A stretch of DNA of 63,062 nt, the filler included, from Reticulomyxa filosa (lineage: Eukaryota > Protista > Foraminifera), in the NCBI GenBank assembly GCA_000512085.1. It is 23 parts of 23 records of this genome, joined end to end, with 100 filler letters (N's around TTAATTAATTAA, not from the genome) between each part and the next. Parts side by side here need not be neighbours in the genome. Positions count along the whole stretch, not along the records: positions 34,894 to 36,582 come from ASPP01042292.1; positions 36,683 to 42,795 come from ASPP01018236.1; positions 42,896 to 44,044 come from ASPP01035352.1; positions 44,145 to 46,277 come from ASPP01041833.1; positions 46,378 to 49,079 come from ASPP01028049.1; positions 49,180 to 50,620 come from ASPP01028267.1; 17 more parts are not named here. One strand, 5' to 3'. A model generated the notes under the pieces. The model had not been told where the DNA came from. It worked only from the letters and a program-made list of their open reading frames with translations, and searched no databases. Within the stretch, counting starts at the first letter, position 1; the number at the start of each line of letters is the position of its first letter. The translations under genes were made by a program, and so were the position numbers. Below, one piece after another: positions 35,481 to 49,641 of this stretch.

Positions 35481-38071
35481 TTGATTAGAGCATTTGCAAT
35501 GATAGGATGCACCATTTGTATATTCTACTTTACTATTAGGCGTATTCATTGTCTCTCTTTTTTCCTGCTTTCTTCATTGCTACAAAATAAGTCATCCGCA
35601 GTTCATAGTCGACCCCCCCCCTGGAGGCAATCAATTTGACATTGCTTCAACCACTTTATCTTTGCTTGCTGACACTGCAACCTCCTTTCCAATTGCCCGA
35701 TAGGCAGGATTGCATTCTTTGAAGACCTATGTTATATACGTGTGTGTGTGTTGATCATACATGTTTCAACCATTTTCCAATCACATTATAAAAAAACTAT
35801 TATAACTTGGAATATAGGCTGCGCACATAATCACCATAATCAGCTCACCACTTTCAATTGTACGATTTACTTTTAATCCATCATGAGCCATATTACACGA
35901 TATGGACCTTCAATTTTTGTTCAAATTGTACATCATTTAAAACGCAAACGATGACCCACATTTGATGCACACCGTCACTAGATACTTGTTCAATAATGAA
36001 TACATAAATATATTGAAGAAAGATGTGTGCGTGCAGCGTAGTAAGGCTTCCATGATTCGACGATAAGGTTGCCACTTTTGTTTTCATGTATTATAACCAT
36101 CGATATTGCTACTGCTGACGTTGCTGTCACAATTGTCATTATCGCTGGGAACCCGCTGTCGCACCAATGACAATGTACACAGCAAAACATGTCCATCCGC
36201 ATTCTAATACTTCATTGATACACCTTGAAATATCTATTAAAAAATTTCAAGTAACATACATCACATACACATAAATAAATAATCAATGTACGTATAAAGA
36301 TGTTGTGTTGCTGTTATTTGTTGAATATGTACATATATCAAAAAAAAAGTATATACAAAACTTTTTCAAGCAATGAGCACAAGCACGATTATATCGTCAG
36401 GTAGCTGGAAAGAGGACAGACGCACAAACGATCAACCAAATAACAGCAACTCCTTGAGGTCTTGCGAATGCGCGCTTCGATTTCAACGACACTATTTCCA
36501 TCAAGTATTCCGTTATTTTGGACGATTGACGGACTTGAGGAAATTGGTATCATTGAAAGACTTGTCCCCCCTAGAGCACCATNNNNNNNNNNNNNNNNNN
36601 NNNNNNNNNNNNNNNNNNNNNNNNNNTTAATTAATTAANNNNNNNNNNNNNNNNNNNNNNNNNNNNNNNNNNNNNNNNNNNNTGTGTTTTTATTGCAATT
36701 TTCATTATTTGGTACTTTTAGTGTTCCCTTATCATTATATTTTTTCTTTTTTGAAATTTCTTTACAATTTATTATTACTTTGCTTTAAAAGGTAAGCGAT
36801 TCATAATAATACAAGTTTGTCGGTTTGTGTGCTTTGTGTTCATTTTGTATCATAATATTTGATGAAAAGTAGCGACAAAAGCTCATGTGATAATTGGCAA
36901 ACATCATTTTAAATATTTTTTTGTTCAGAAGTAGCAATTTATTTATTGTAAGAGGAGTTTTGCCATTAATAATTTAAAAATAATATTTGAATGTTATGCA
37001 AAACTCTTTTTGTTCCATTTGGTTATGCATTGTGATAATAGATTAATATTTGCAAAGTTTGCTATTTAGAATATCACTAAATGTAACTATCAACATGGAT
37101 CTTTTTGTTCTATTTTGACAAAGAAATAAATCTATCCATGCTATTTCTTTATAAAGGATTTTGTCTTGGTAATCAAATTGCAAATAATGCAGTAGAATTG
37201 CAGTGGAATTACAATGTAATAAACATGAAAATGCAGAACAAGTTTATTGGGTAGGAAAAGAATGTCTACAAATGCATTTGAAGAAAAACAATGGAAAATA
37301 AACCTCTTTTATACGATGCTTTCTGTCACTTGACAAAATGGTCGTTTTGTGTAAATAATTTTCACTGCTAAAATAATTGGCATAGTATTGTGAACTAAAA
37401 TATCTTAAACTCACCTGTGTTTTTTTGAAAAAGGGATAAAAAGTTTGTTATCAATTTGATATAAAGGGGAGAATCAGATCTTTTATACTTTGAATTCAAA
37501 ATCGGAAATAAAAAATAACCAAATTCTTTGAATCAGTATTCCAAAGCTTCCGAAGGATATGCATTTCCTAAATGATATCTTTCTTTTCTTTGGATTTGGT
37601 CTCATTTTATTTGACTCAGAATATTTTATACAAATTAATTTTCTCATAAAAAATATCGTTTTATTGTATATAATCTTGAAATTCTTCGAAAATTAATCAT
37701 TTCACAGCATTTTAAATTTGTGAATCGTTTGACAGTGCTTAAAGCTTTGTGGCTGTTACAGTCTTTTTTTCTAAACCCCCGACCTTTCTGCATTATTTTT
37801 TACATGCTTTCAATACTTTAAATGTCAAACACTGCTCCTCCATTATTTCTGGCTTCTTTCTTGATAACATTCTTTTTGACACTTTTGATTGGCGGTATAT
37901 TGTTGAAACTCGGTCAGTGCAACTTAGACGACAAATCAACCCTTCCTATCGGAACCGCGGACCCTGCTGAAGCGACTCCTCTTGTGACTGAAGCTTAAAA
38001 TAAGCTATAAATTTTTTTTTAATCTATTGCGATTTTTTTCTTTTTAAATTGTTTCGGAACTACTCACTAAA

Positions 38072-38904
38072 TTGTTTGATTGTGTGTTTGTTACAACAAA
38101 TCGAAGAATGCCGAAATTAATACAAGTAAACGATGTTGAAGTACTGATTGCAATGTCATTTTGGGCATTGGGCCAGCCAATTACGTGTATGATTGGTTTT
38201 GTAATGAGCGGACTTAAAGCAACAGGTGATGACAAGAAAGTGTTATCAGTTTCAACGGTAATGGTCGATGGGTTGACCTACGGCCCTGCGAATCTGCTTT
38301 TATTAGGTGTGACGGTGGTATTGAATATGTTTTGTTATTCGTACATTCGCTATGCCCTTCGTTTGCAGTTGAAGGAAATACCGTCTACGTTTACGTGGCT
38401 GTATTTCATTAGCTATGTCGGATTAGCCTTTTTGCTTGCTTTCCCACCGGTCAAGGTTCACATTACGCCATTTGATTACGGCATACAGTATATCGGTATG
38501 AGCGTGTTTTTTTTTACTTGTGTATACGTATTGTTTTTTTTTTTAGTTGCCGCCAAAAAAATAATGCTTCTTATTTTTATTATGTCACAGGGTCCCAGTT
38601 TTTCATGGTCTTTTCGATTTGCTGGATGGCGTACTTTACGCAATGGCTTAAAAACAGTGGTGGACGTGCTTGCTTTTTGGTTGCTTTGTCATTGGCTGGT
38701 GTTTTGCTGATTGTTTCATGGGTAATAGCTGCTGCGGTTGACGAAAAAAGTGCCGCACCGGTTGAATGGAGCAGCTTGGGAATTATCATGGGATGCTTTG
38801 CCTTGGTGGTGTTTATCTGTGAACGTGAGAAAGTATTGAAATTAAATTCCAGTGGCTTTAGTAACCAGGTGTCAAACACTCCTCAAGAGTATGAACAGGT
38901 GTAA
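38072..38904 (+). CDS. Multi-pass membrane protein, possibly Frag1/DRAM/Sfk1-like
   Basis: About six hydrophobic segments. An intron at ~38520-38590 joins two ORFs. The last TM carries AAPVEW. The 5' end is uncertain. Confidence 0.5.
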
Positions 38905-39219
38905 AATACCCAAAATAATATCAAAACCGTGCATTTAATTCAAATTTTTTTTTTTTTTGTTTATCACGAAGTTTCGGTTAAACTCTGGGGTTTTCTTATC
39001 CCTTGGCTTGGGATCAGCTTGTAAACACTAAGCATTTTGTCTTTTCATTAAAATGAAGAGAACTCTTGATAAGCGGATGCTTATCTTATCCCACTAAATG
39101 AAATAATTTTCAAGGTGATCACTTCTCCTGAACCGGTGTTCCTCTTGTTTTTTCAAAAAGTTTTAAAAAAGGATCGTGGCGTCAAAAAAAACTTAAACTA
39201 AGTACGCTTTTGTCTAAAC

Positions 39220-39972
39220 ATGACGCAAGCCGAGGAAACTGTGATCTGTCTGCTTGTGGAAACACCAGAAAATGTTGCAACGTTTGGAATGGGCTGGTAT
39301 ATCTAAAAAAAAGCTGCCAACAACCGACCCAAAACAGTAAACACAACACAACAGCTTTTGGGGACCTGAGGCCCGATTCTCGGCAATGAAGGTTTTTTAT
39401 CCAACAAAACAAATTTTTTGAGTTGAAGCCACAGTAATTGCATGACAAATAGGGAGTGGAATGGACGAGAGTTCAGTGTGTTAAAGACAGATACGTCAAA
39501 TTATTATTGTTGTATCTGTATTTTTCAATAAAAATTCAATTTTGTTAAACACCAAAATAGGTTGGATACACAGGAGGTAAGTCAGTTTTGCATAAATGAA
39601 AAATTTGTCTGTTTAACAAAGAATGATTGTGTTGCAGGAACAATAAAATTTCCTCATTATGGCAAAATGGGAGATCACACGGAAGCTGTCCAAGTCAAAT
39701 TTAATCCGGAAATAGTAACATTCGAACAGTTGTTGACAGTATTCTTTGAAGAACATGAATACAATGTAAAAGAAGAAAGTAGACAATATCGAAGTGTTGT
39801 GTGGTACCAAAACGAAAAACAAAAAGCTGCAACAGAAGCCAAAATCGCTGAAATTGAAAAAAATAAAAAGTGTCAAGTGTATTCGACTGTTGAGCCTTTG
39901 GGAGATTTTTACAAGGCTGAAGAATTCCACCAGAAATATTGCATAAAACAAAAAGAAAAAGGAGAAAAATAA
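39220..39972 (+). CDS. MSRA: Peptide-methionine (S)-sulfoxide reductase, 5 exons
   Basis: Exons 39220-39296, 39355-39391, 39453-39470, 39561-39576 and 39638-39972 rebuild ATFGMGCFWGPEARF..GVEWTRVGYTGG..GDHTEAV..QYRS..FYKAEEFHQKY. Confidence 0.95.
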
Positions 39973-41011
39973 TTTTTCATTTTTTTGGTTGAAAAATACT
40001 ATCCTTTTTGTTACCTCTTTTCTTTCATTGATGTCTAAATAATCAAAGATGACATATTGTTATAGAACGTTGATATGTGCATGTTCGAAGAGGTTTCATA
40101 TGTTTGAGCCATTTAATGAAGCATTTTTTTGTAATATTACTTATTGCAATGATCCGTTAAAAAGCTATTTCCTCTTTTTTTCACGAAACCAATCAGTAAA
40201 AGAGCATATCAATTAACATTTTTTATTTGCATCAAGACATAGGATAAATAACGGCACTGAAACAGCAAAGAGAGGCTGTCTGAACTTAGGAACTCCTTTT
40301 TCTCAAAACCTACTTTTTGCTTCTTCGCTTTCTTTGTCTTGCTGCTCGCTGTTCTTTTTGTTTTTTGTGAAAATTGCCGAAAAAATGACCATTTGTATTA
40401 CGCTTCACAACCGAAAAACTTGACCAAGCTAGTAGCAGTGCAAGGTATTATGTGATATAGAGTCTAAGCCTTTTGTGTAATTACAATTTTTCGTTTCTCA
40501 GCAAAAATTTTATTAATCAAAGATCATGTTTTGTTAGAAGCCTACAATTCCTACAGCAGGAAAAATAAATAAAACTTGCAAATAATTTCAAAGTTTTCTT
40601 CTACAATCAATGATACGAAATATACTAAATGCCAAAAAGTGTTGTTATCCTTTTTTTTTTTGCATTTAACATTATTAACGGTAATGCCTACATATTAGCG
40701 AAGTACATGTAACTTGATAAACCAATTTCTGCTTGTCACTTAAAAATATTGATTCGTGCAGTTTTGCAATGAATTTCAATAAGTGTTGTAAAGTAAATAG
40801 ATTAAGATATTGTTCAAGTTTTTCCAAAGATATCACAAACTGATAAATGTATTATTACAAAACTTTTCAATCAGACAAAAAAGATATATGAATACACTAC
40901 GAAAATAAAGAGCAAGTTATTTTTGTGGAGATGAGCATTATCAAGAAATCAATTTTGATATCTTAATACCTCATCATTACCTGATTTTTTTCTTATTTGA
41001 AGTGAAAACTT

Positions 41012-41908
41012 TCATTTCAATTCTACAAGATATCTCTCAGGACTTTCTTGTCTACTGTTGGCAACATCATCTCCAATGCTAAATACCCATGTTGTCATTC
41101 CGTACACAAATTCTGGAAACTCGATTGCTTTGTGTTCATTCAAACCGAGCTCGTTCATTCTCTCTTGAATCTAAAGAGTTGGTTTTGTTGTAGTATTAAT
41201 AAGCTGTTTTTTTTAAGATATAGTACAACTAACTAGGTCGTCTTTATGTACTGCCAAAAAAGCTTGTTTTAATTCCTCATAATCAATTTTCCCCGACTTG
41301 TCTGTATCCATTTTCGTAAAGGCCTCCTTGACCACGCGAAACCCTTCCTGAATTTTTCCGAGCTGTTTGGGTTGTTCCCCTTTAAAAACTTCCTCATTCA
41401 AAAAGCAACCAAGAGCGACAGTAATAAGAAATTCTTTGAAAGTGACGCAATTCTTATTTGAGATGGTACGGGACATGATACGATTCAAGAATTCATCAGT
41501 CAGTAGTTGGGGCGAAAGCCCTAGAGCGGTCAAGCACTGCCGTACGTCTGTGCTCTGAATATGATTATTATCTTTGGAACAATGGAGAAAGACAGTTTGT
41601 GTGGCAACAAAAGATCTCCGAATTTTAGGAAATTTCATGGCAACTGCTTGCATTACACCCTTGTGAGCGCTTGTACGTCGACGAAATCTTAATTGTGGAC
41701 TTGTTTGAATGCCATCCTTGTAATGTTCGATTGATCGTTGATTTTACATTTAAGGCAACCAATCAAAGATTTGGTTATGTTTTAATGACACAAAAATGAA
41801 GCAGACATTATAAAGCAGATACTATCCAAAATAGACATTTACTGTAGCAAGGGTTATGGACGTTTCCACGGAACTTGTATCTTCGTTTCCGTTTTGACAC
41901 GCCCCCAT
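41012..41908 (-). CDS. N-acylated EF-hand protein (CML21/22-like), 3 exons
   Basis: MGACQ N-terminus (myristoyl Gly plus Cys), MKFPKI, VTFKEFL, DTDKSGKIDYEE, and last exon IQERMNEL..IEFPEFV..W. Confidence 0.8.
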
Positions 41909-42895
41909 GAATTCAATAATTTGTTCAATCTAATTTTGATATTGTTTTGTTTAATTTTTTTTTTGGATTTTATATTTCACAAAATGGAAATTTGGCGTTT
42001 TTGTTGCTATTTTAGAGCACAATTTTATTAACATAAGATGTTGGAGGGTACAAAAAAACAAGGATCAGAGACAGACAGTCCACAAGCAGCTGATTGCTAA
42101 TACTAATCGTAAATATCGTATTACACAAGTTAAAAAAAACTCACTTGGGCGTCATTTTTGACTATTATTCATTTTTTCCAATTTCTTTGTTTCAAATTGT
42201 CTAAAATCTCTTCTGTTTGAGCTCTCTACGTTTCTTTCACTTGAACAGACAATCATAATTTTCAATTTCCATACAGCAAGCTATTGTCATCTTTTTTAAA
42301 TTTGTCTTAGCAAAGCTTATGCTCAATGAGCAAAATAAAATCTCTAAAAAGTGATGGCTCCAGATCTTTTGCGATGAAAAGCGCACTTTGTAGTAAACAT
42401 TTTGTATGAATATTTTTGCATTTGTTGAAGAAAAGAGAAAAAAAAGAATATTCCGGCTCTCATTGCTAAAAAAATGACTATTAAAGAAAATAAAACAATT
42501 TAACAAAGAAAGAAAGAAATTAGACAGCCAGTACACGAACCCGTAGCCAGAGTTTCAAAAAGCTCCTTTACAAATCACAAATCACAATTAGCCCCTCAAA
42601 GATGAGCTTCTTAACAAGGATATTTGGCCGCAACAATGAAAAAACGTTGTTGGCCGGAGAAGAGGGCACCATATTTCATTCATCTATACAAACGTACATT
42701 CGAATTTTTTCGCAGTCACTAAAAAAAAAAGAAGTTTTCCACCCTTTGTTCGACCTACAATATAGAACAGCAAAAAAAAAAAAAAAAAAAAAAAANNNNN
42801 NNNNNNNNNNNNNNNNNNNNNNNNNNNNNNNNNNNNNNNTTAATTAATTAANNNNNNNNNNNNNNNNNNNNNNNNNNNNNNNNNNNNNNNNNNNN

Positions 42896-43800
42896 CGCGA
42901 CGTCGAGGTTCAGTGAGTAAAGAGAGCACAACTTTGTTACCAAAGTACGTGTCGCCATTGACAGACGAGCAGAAGAACGGGTTGGTGAAGACGTCGGCAG
43001 ACTTGACGACGGAGCGCAACTTGAAGCGTTTGGAGGAGGCATTGGGTCAAAGGAACCAAGCGACGGAGGTGATAAAGAACCTAGCCAAGGAAAACGAGGC
43101 GATGAAAATGGAGAACGATGAATTGAAGTCGAGTAGTGCACATGAAGGAGCACGACTTGAAGCTTCTGATCAAACACAATGCTTTATTGAACGAGTTGTG
43201 CGAAGAGAAGAAGCTCACATATGAATCAGAGCTTCTTACATTGGAGAAATTGAAACAAGAGATGGTAGGCCGAGTTTGAGCTGCACACACACACACACGT
43301 GAACAACAGATGTTTAGTGGAGCTTCGAAAAAGCCCAGAGGAAGTAGTAGAGATGAAGAGAACCACCGACATGCTAGACGATTATGATGATGAAGAAGAG
43401 GAGGAGAAGGAGAGCGGCGAATTACTACAATATCAATATAAAATGGCCACCGAGGTGGCGGTGCAATGGACATGGCATTTATCCCTTGAACGGGAAATCG
43501 CAAGTGTCATCCTGCGAAGTTTAAAAAAAAAAAAGCTGCATGAAGAGTTGCAAAAGAAGAAAGACGACGTGGAAAAGGAGTTGAAAGAGCAATTGGAAAA
43601 ACGAAAGAAGAATTGGAGCAATTGAAAGAATATTTGCAAACAAATTGAAGCAGTTGGACGACGACACAGCGATCACGCAGTCCGTGCACAATGGAAATAG
43701 TTGAAGCTCGCACTTGGAGCAAGAGAAGCAAGAACCTCGTCAAAGCATCTCCGATGCCAAGCATTAACGAAATAGCAATGTTACAAAAGAGTCTGGCACT
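42896..43800 (+). pseudogene. Decayed E/K-rich coiled-coil protein
   Basis: Coiled-coil-like ORFs (42913-43224, 43299-43625) are broken by frameshifts and stops. Confidence 0.5.
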
Positions 43801-44162
43801 ATTCCATCACTGAAAATTGACCCATGACATCATCATCATCAACAACAAGAACATCAAAGATATAAATGTGAATGAAAATACTGGAAATGGAAATGGGTGC
43901 ACATGCGCAAGACAAAAGCTCAAATAATTCCGGATGTGTTGAAAGAATATCTGCACCGTGGTGAAAATAAAATACCCGAAAGTGAATGTGTGTGGAGTCG
44001 GACGAACTGATCCCGCAAAGTGCAATTCGAAACCTTTTTTTGTANNNNNNNNNNNNNNNNNNNNNNNNNNNNNNNNNNNNNNNNNNNNTTAATTAATTAA
44101 NNNNNNNNNNNNNNNNNNNNNNNNNNNNNNNNNNNNNNNNNNNNTTTAACCAACATGGCCGT

Positions 44163-45600
44163 ATGATAAACATATCACATGATACCAACAATATATTCAA
44201 ACACTCGGCCAATTACATGCGGAAATTGAAGAAGTTGAAGTATGATCAAGGTCTACAAATCTGCAATAATGTGGCAAGCACATCATCATTACAAATTTCC
44301 AACATTGAATCGATGCCATCCAAAAACAAAATTATACGTGTTCTCCAAAGTAATTTTGTTACAAATCCAAATCAGTCCAATAGCAATTTTAATATAAAAT
44401 TATTGTCCATGAATAAGTGCACATCCACTTCGAGTTTATCATCAACGGTCTACAAATTCACATTTGAACAGACAACATTCAGGTACATAATAATGATAAG
44501 ACGAATAAAAAAAAAATGATCATGAAAAAAAAAAGGGAGTATTACGTATATCAAGAGATATGAAGGGGAGATTATTGATTATATGTGTTGTATATGCATT
44601 GTATTTAAAAATAATTTTTTTTAAAAAAAACAAAAATAACAGATTGTTCAAAGTGGAGTCAATGCTAAGCACGCCACCGTCGAATAGATCGTGCAACAGC
44701 GAGTATCAAGTATGGATTGGAGACTCTGTATATGATCAACAGTTCTGGCCACAGCGTTGCAACAAACGAGAAGCAAACCACCAACACTATATGCAGCCAC
44801 AACAGATTTATTTTCAATGTCCTGCTGCCCAAAACTTAATCAAAGCACAACTTCACGTCCAAATCATATTGTGTCCAATGCTGCAATGTTAAGTCCTTTT
44901 ACTTCCTTTTTTTTGTTTAAAAAACAATCAAACAAACAAACAAAATTAGATTGTGCGAATACAAAGTGCCATCACTAAATGGAAAATTGAAAGACAACGC
45001 ATACTTGTAATGATTGTCCAACCAGCTGCAATTGCTGGGACAAACTTTGACGAAAAAATTCGTCGTCTCTTTTCCATGGCAAAGATATGCCTTTTGTGTA
45101 ATAGAAGCGCTGTTAGCGCAAATGGGGAAAATGGGTTACAACGCATCCGACGAACAAGTTGGTCGTGGTACCCATCCTCATTTACGCAAGCAAGCGCAAT
45201 ATTCACAAATGCGTATTCTCATCAGGCACTTAGCCTCAACACAAGATGCAGCACAAAATGGACAAGCTCGCAATGCATTTCTCCATCTATTATCCACACA
45301 CTTGCAGCTGGCCAATCAAATTATCAACAAGCGACAATGCATTAAATCATCAATTCCATTTGATGTCAATTGGATTCGTCGACGATATTGTGGGCCATTA
45401 CAAGTTATTCTTATTTCTTTGTTGTTGAATAATAAATGTAATTTTTTTGCTTGTTATTTATTTACAGATAATTGTGGATCTATGCAATTGGAAGCAACTT
45501 GTGCTGGAATATCCACTTTGTGGCTTGCATTGCGAGCGATGCGTTGTAATTACAATTCAACAGGTAATTCTTTTGCTTTTCATTTATGTTCAACCTATAA
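44163..45600 (+). pseudogene. Decayed intron-containing gene of unknown family
   Basis: Short ORFs are linked by GT-AG introns (e.g. ~44483-44642) but show frameshifts. The region runs into repeat copy 3. Confidence 0.4.
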
Positions 45601-45628
45601 CTGTGTATTGTGTGTTTATGTTTAATAG

Positions 45629-46277
45629 AAAAATCCAACTGAATGAAAAAAATGAAGAAAAAGAAAGTGGGGTAGCAACCACCCCCGTCTCCTCAAGGAG
45701 AACAAATGGTTTGTTCTATTTGTATTTTTTTTTATAAATATATTTACATGTTGCATTTGCATGATATAGGTTCCCCCGTCCTGCCAAAATCGCTTCATCT
45801 GTACCCCCTACGTACGCACACACACAAAAAAAAAAGATGATTGGGGTTGAAGTCTACCCCGTTTGAAAAAAAAAACAAAAAGGTTTGTATATGTTTTTTT
45901 TTATTTTGTACATTTATCACTTTGTAATAAAATGTGTGTTTGTTCTTGTTATGAAATAGGAATTCCCCCTCAAAAAAAGACACATATATGTATATTTATT
46001 TATTTGCTTCCCCACTCCCTAAAAAAAAAAAAAAAAAACTTGAAGTGTATTTAATAGGAAAAAAAAATTAAATGCTGTATCGCACCTTGTAATAGTTATG
46101 AATATGTTTTTTTTTTTTCGTCTAAAAATTATAAAATATGTCTTTGTTTTTTTGTGTATATAGGAATCGTTCACAAAGACAAGATAGTTATTTTTTTTGA
46201 AAGTGTATTGGGAAGGGGAAAAATTGGGCATCAAGTGGGGGTATTGAAAAAAAAGGGGATATGAATTATTAGGGGGG
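45629..46277 (+). repeat. Dispersed structured element, copy 3 (diverged, partial)
   Basis: GGGGTAGCAACCACCCCCGTCTCCTCAAGGAG (45669-45700), GGGGTTGAAGTCTACCCC (45843-45860) and GGAATTCCCCC (45959-45969) occur in the same order as in copy 1. Confidence 0.8.
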
Positions 46278-46377
46278 NNNNNNNNNNNNNNNNNNNNNNN
46301 NNNNNNNNNNNNNNNNNNNNNTTAATTAATTAANNNNNNNNNNNNNNNNNNNNNNNNNNNNNNNNNNNNNNNNNNNN

Positions 46378-47760
46378 TTTTCATTCACTTCTGCTTCTTC
46401 CTCGCTTTTTTGATACCGTCCAAAGATATTTCCGAGTTCGGGTCCCGTTTCTCGCCTCGGCTAAAGTCTGTCCGCCAACCCATTTCACGACACTTTTGCG
46501 AACACTACCCAACTTTGACGCCTTTGCTTCTTGTGTCGGCGTTACCACTGTCACAGTTGGTAACCCCCACGACATGGAATTTTCCGCCATGTGCCCCTTT
46601 ATCCGTCATGACCCCTTTATCAGTCATGTGCAACCTTTATCCATTGAACAACCCCAAAATGATCATTTCATCACATTTGCTAAATCCAATGAATTTGATC
46701 TCGCTTCATTTCGCCATGGACCATTTTTTACTTTGTAGTCGACTTCGCAAGTTTGGTCGGACTGGAGGCGGGACTGGACTACGTCATACCGACTCAATTC
46801 CAAGCAGCGGAACACATTCAAAGCATCCGGATCCGTCTTGACAATGTGAATGGCCAGGAATTCTTACATTCAATTATTTGAAGACCAACTCAATGACAAT
46901 TGCAACGTGATCTTTGGAATCGACTTTTCAAAGAAACAAATGATTCCAAGTGCGCCGCTTCTTGCTCGAACGTGGTCTGCTATTAAAGGCGTCCGGGTCA
47001 ATAGTCCGTGGGCATAATCTGATTGGCTTCACAGTCAAACAATGGGGCACGTTTTCTGCATTCACTAACAGTATTTCTTCTATTTCTTTTTACTATTGTT
47101 ATACAATCGCACCTTCATCGTTGTTTTTCTTGTCGTGCTCAATCATCTTTGCCACTAGGTCATTGAAGTTCGTCATGCTTTGCAAGCGTGCAAAATATCA
47201 ACGGCCATATGATACATCAAACAGCAATTTTCGCGTATGGTCCTATCTTTTGCATTTCATCCCACAAATCGGTCATGATCACAAAACAAGTTAATTATAA
47301 ATAATAATAAGTGTAAATATAAACATGTGCATATATATTTATTTGTTTGTTTATTATTACAGACAAGAAACAACACAAACCAAATGCCAATAATTTCCTA
47401 GTATCAGTTGCATAGCTATTCCAATGAAACGCAACTCCAGTCTTTGTCTACATGGTGATCGTTGCAGTGATGACGGAAATTCGTGATAGCGAGTGTGAAC
47501 AGCATGTGCACTTTCTGGTCGAACAAAGAATCCGGACCTTTGCCAGCGTTAAAATATCTCATTGCTACTAATCCAAAATCTTTTCCTTACATTGACATAA
47601 CATCAATATCCTTCAGGTGCCAAGTACTTTTCTCCACTCAAGTTACCGCTGATAGTCGAAGGTCAAACGCAATTTCTTTGGATGAAGACTTTACATTGCC
47701 AATGAATACCGCTTTTCCTGTTTGCTGTCATGTGGTCACGTAATCTTGCTCTTCCAAATT
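46378..47760 (-). pseudogene. Decayed multi-CAP-Gly gene
   Basis: TGKAVFIGNV, RYFNAGKG/GFFVRPES, EIKFIGF..IILG and VVKWVG/RTDFSRGE pieces in shifting frames. Confidence 0.65.
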
Positions 47761-47964
47761 GGCCACGTCAAATTTTTCAACTATTGCCATCATCTTCATT
47801 GGCTGCCTTCAATTCAACTTACTTCAGGCGACAGCCAATTATTAAATAAAATAATAAAAATGTTCAGGTCGCCAAAGCTGACCAACACAAAAATATAATA
47901 TTACAAATGTCGTCTCCTTGTCGAGAACGGCATCACATTCTTTGAACAGCGCTAATGCGCATCT

Positions 47965-49079
47965 CCAATTTTTTTTTTTTTTCCACACTTTTTTTATCTT
48001 TTTAATTTTTCTTTTTTTTTCACTAATTTTTTCTTCATTTTTTTCTTTTCTTTTTCAAGCATTTTTTTGATTTTTTTTTTTTTTCTTTTTCAAGCTTTTT
48101 TTGATTTTTTTTTTTTCTTTTTCAAGCATTTTTTTTTGATTTTTTTTTTTCTCATTTTTTTTTTTCATTTTTCTTAAATAAAATTTTGCGCCCCCCCTTT
48201 TTTTTCATCCCTTTTTTCACTTTATTTTTTCCCCCCCTCCAAACTTTCACTATCCCTCTCACCTTAAGTAGAAATAAAAAATAAAAATATAAAAACTTCC
48301 CAATATCGTCTTGATCTTTTCTATACACACATTCACAAATTAAAATAATTTTTTTTTTTTAAGAGAAAAAAACAAACTTTTGATGTGGAGCTAAAAGCTC
48401 TAATTCCAATATATCTATTTTTTTTTCTTTTGTTTCGGGGAGTGGGCAAATATAATTTTTTGTTGAGGGGGCATGCCTATGCAAATCACAACATTTATAA
48501 ATAAAAATAAAAAATAAAAAAATAAAAAATAATAACTATTTCATTTTTTTTTGAACGCTGGGTGGCTTCAACCCCATAATTTTTATTTGAGAGAATGTGG
48601 ATGTGGACGTATAAATTTTTTTTTGACGGGTTGAGGCTGTTAATGAAAAAACAAGCAAAATCAACTTGTCAAAAAAAAATAAAAATAAAAAAATAAATTA
48701 TAACAAACCTTTTGTACTCCTTGCGGAGACGGGGGGCCTTACCCCATTCAAATTTATTTTTTTTCTCTTGGTGAATGATGCAAAGCATCCAAACAAAAAA
48801 GTCATCTTTTTTTTTTATAAGAGTATGCGATCTGTTCAAAAGAAAAAAACACAAAACAACTTTTTTAAGTTGAAAAATAATTTAAAAAGGAAAAAAGACG
48901 TACCAGTGTTGTGAGAAAGTGCGAATATCACACTAATTACGGACTGGTGCTAGAGAAAGACAACCAAAGAAAAAAAAAAAAGACCTTTTTTTCTTAAGTA
49001 AGATGTAAATGTACAACTCGTAAATGTTTATTAAAAAGATGTAAATTTGCAATTTTTTTGAATATTTTGACAAAACAAC
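47965..49079 (-). repeat. Dispersed structured element, copy 2 (inverted; 5' end cut by gap)
   Basis: The reverse complement aligns with 21164-22380 block by block, including the A-rich tail (T-rich on + at ~47968-48230). Confidence 0.9.
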
Positions 49080-49641
49080 NNNNNNNNNNNNNNNNNNNNN
49101 NNNNNNNNNNNNNNNNNNNNNNNTTAATTAATTAANNNNNNNNNNNNNNNNNNNNNNNNNNNNNNNNNNNNNNNNNNNNTTTGTATTATTTATCACATGC
49201 AAATTCGGGATCAAACTTTTTTATTATTATTTTTATTATACGTTAAAAAAAAATCTCGTCGGAATTTTTTTAATTTAAAAACAACAAAAAAAATAAAATG
49301 TATATATTTTATATATATAAGTAATAAAGAGTGGTTTTGTGAGATGTCACGTCTTTTTGTAAATATGTATTAATCAATATTTTATTTTTCTGTTGACAGT
49401 TTTTTTGAAATAAATAAGAGATGGTGAAAGATATACATTAAGACAAAGCTTTGTTTTTTAAACAAATTTTGATATTAGATATGCATATGTCAAAAGAGTT
49501 TTTAGCAACCCTTTTATTGACAGAAAAAGGCAAGTTTTTTTCATCATCATCATTATCAATGACCAAGAGGTGAAGGTTCTTCTTTAAAAAAGTTTGTTGT
49601 GCTTTTGTATCGTCTTAGCTCAAAGAAAAAAAAAGTAAAAA

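Noticed and set aside
39290-40070. Selenoprotein MsrA with a SECIS (ATGA...AA...GA hairpin near 40048-40090)
   Set aside because: The spliced catalytic codon is TGC (Cys), not TGA, and the hairpin does not fit SECIS geometry well.
44640-44890. Non-LTR retrotransposon ORF1 zinc knuckle (WPQRCNK...H...CP)
   Set aside because: Cys/His spacing is incomplete, the region has spliceosomal-type introns, and no RT or endonuclease motifs were seen.
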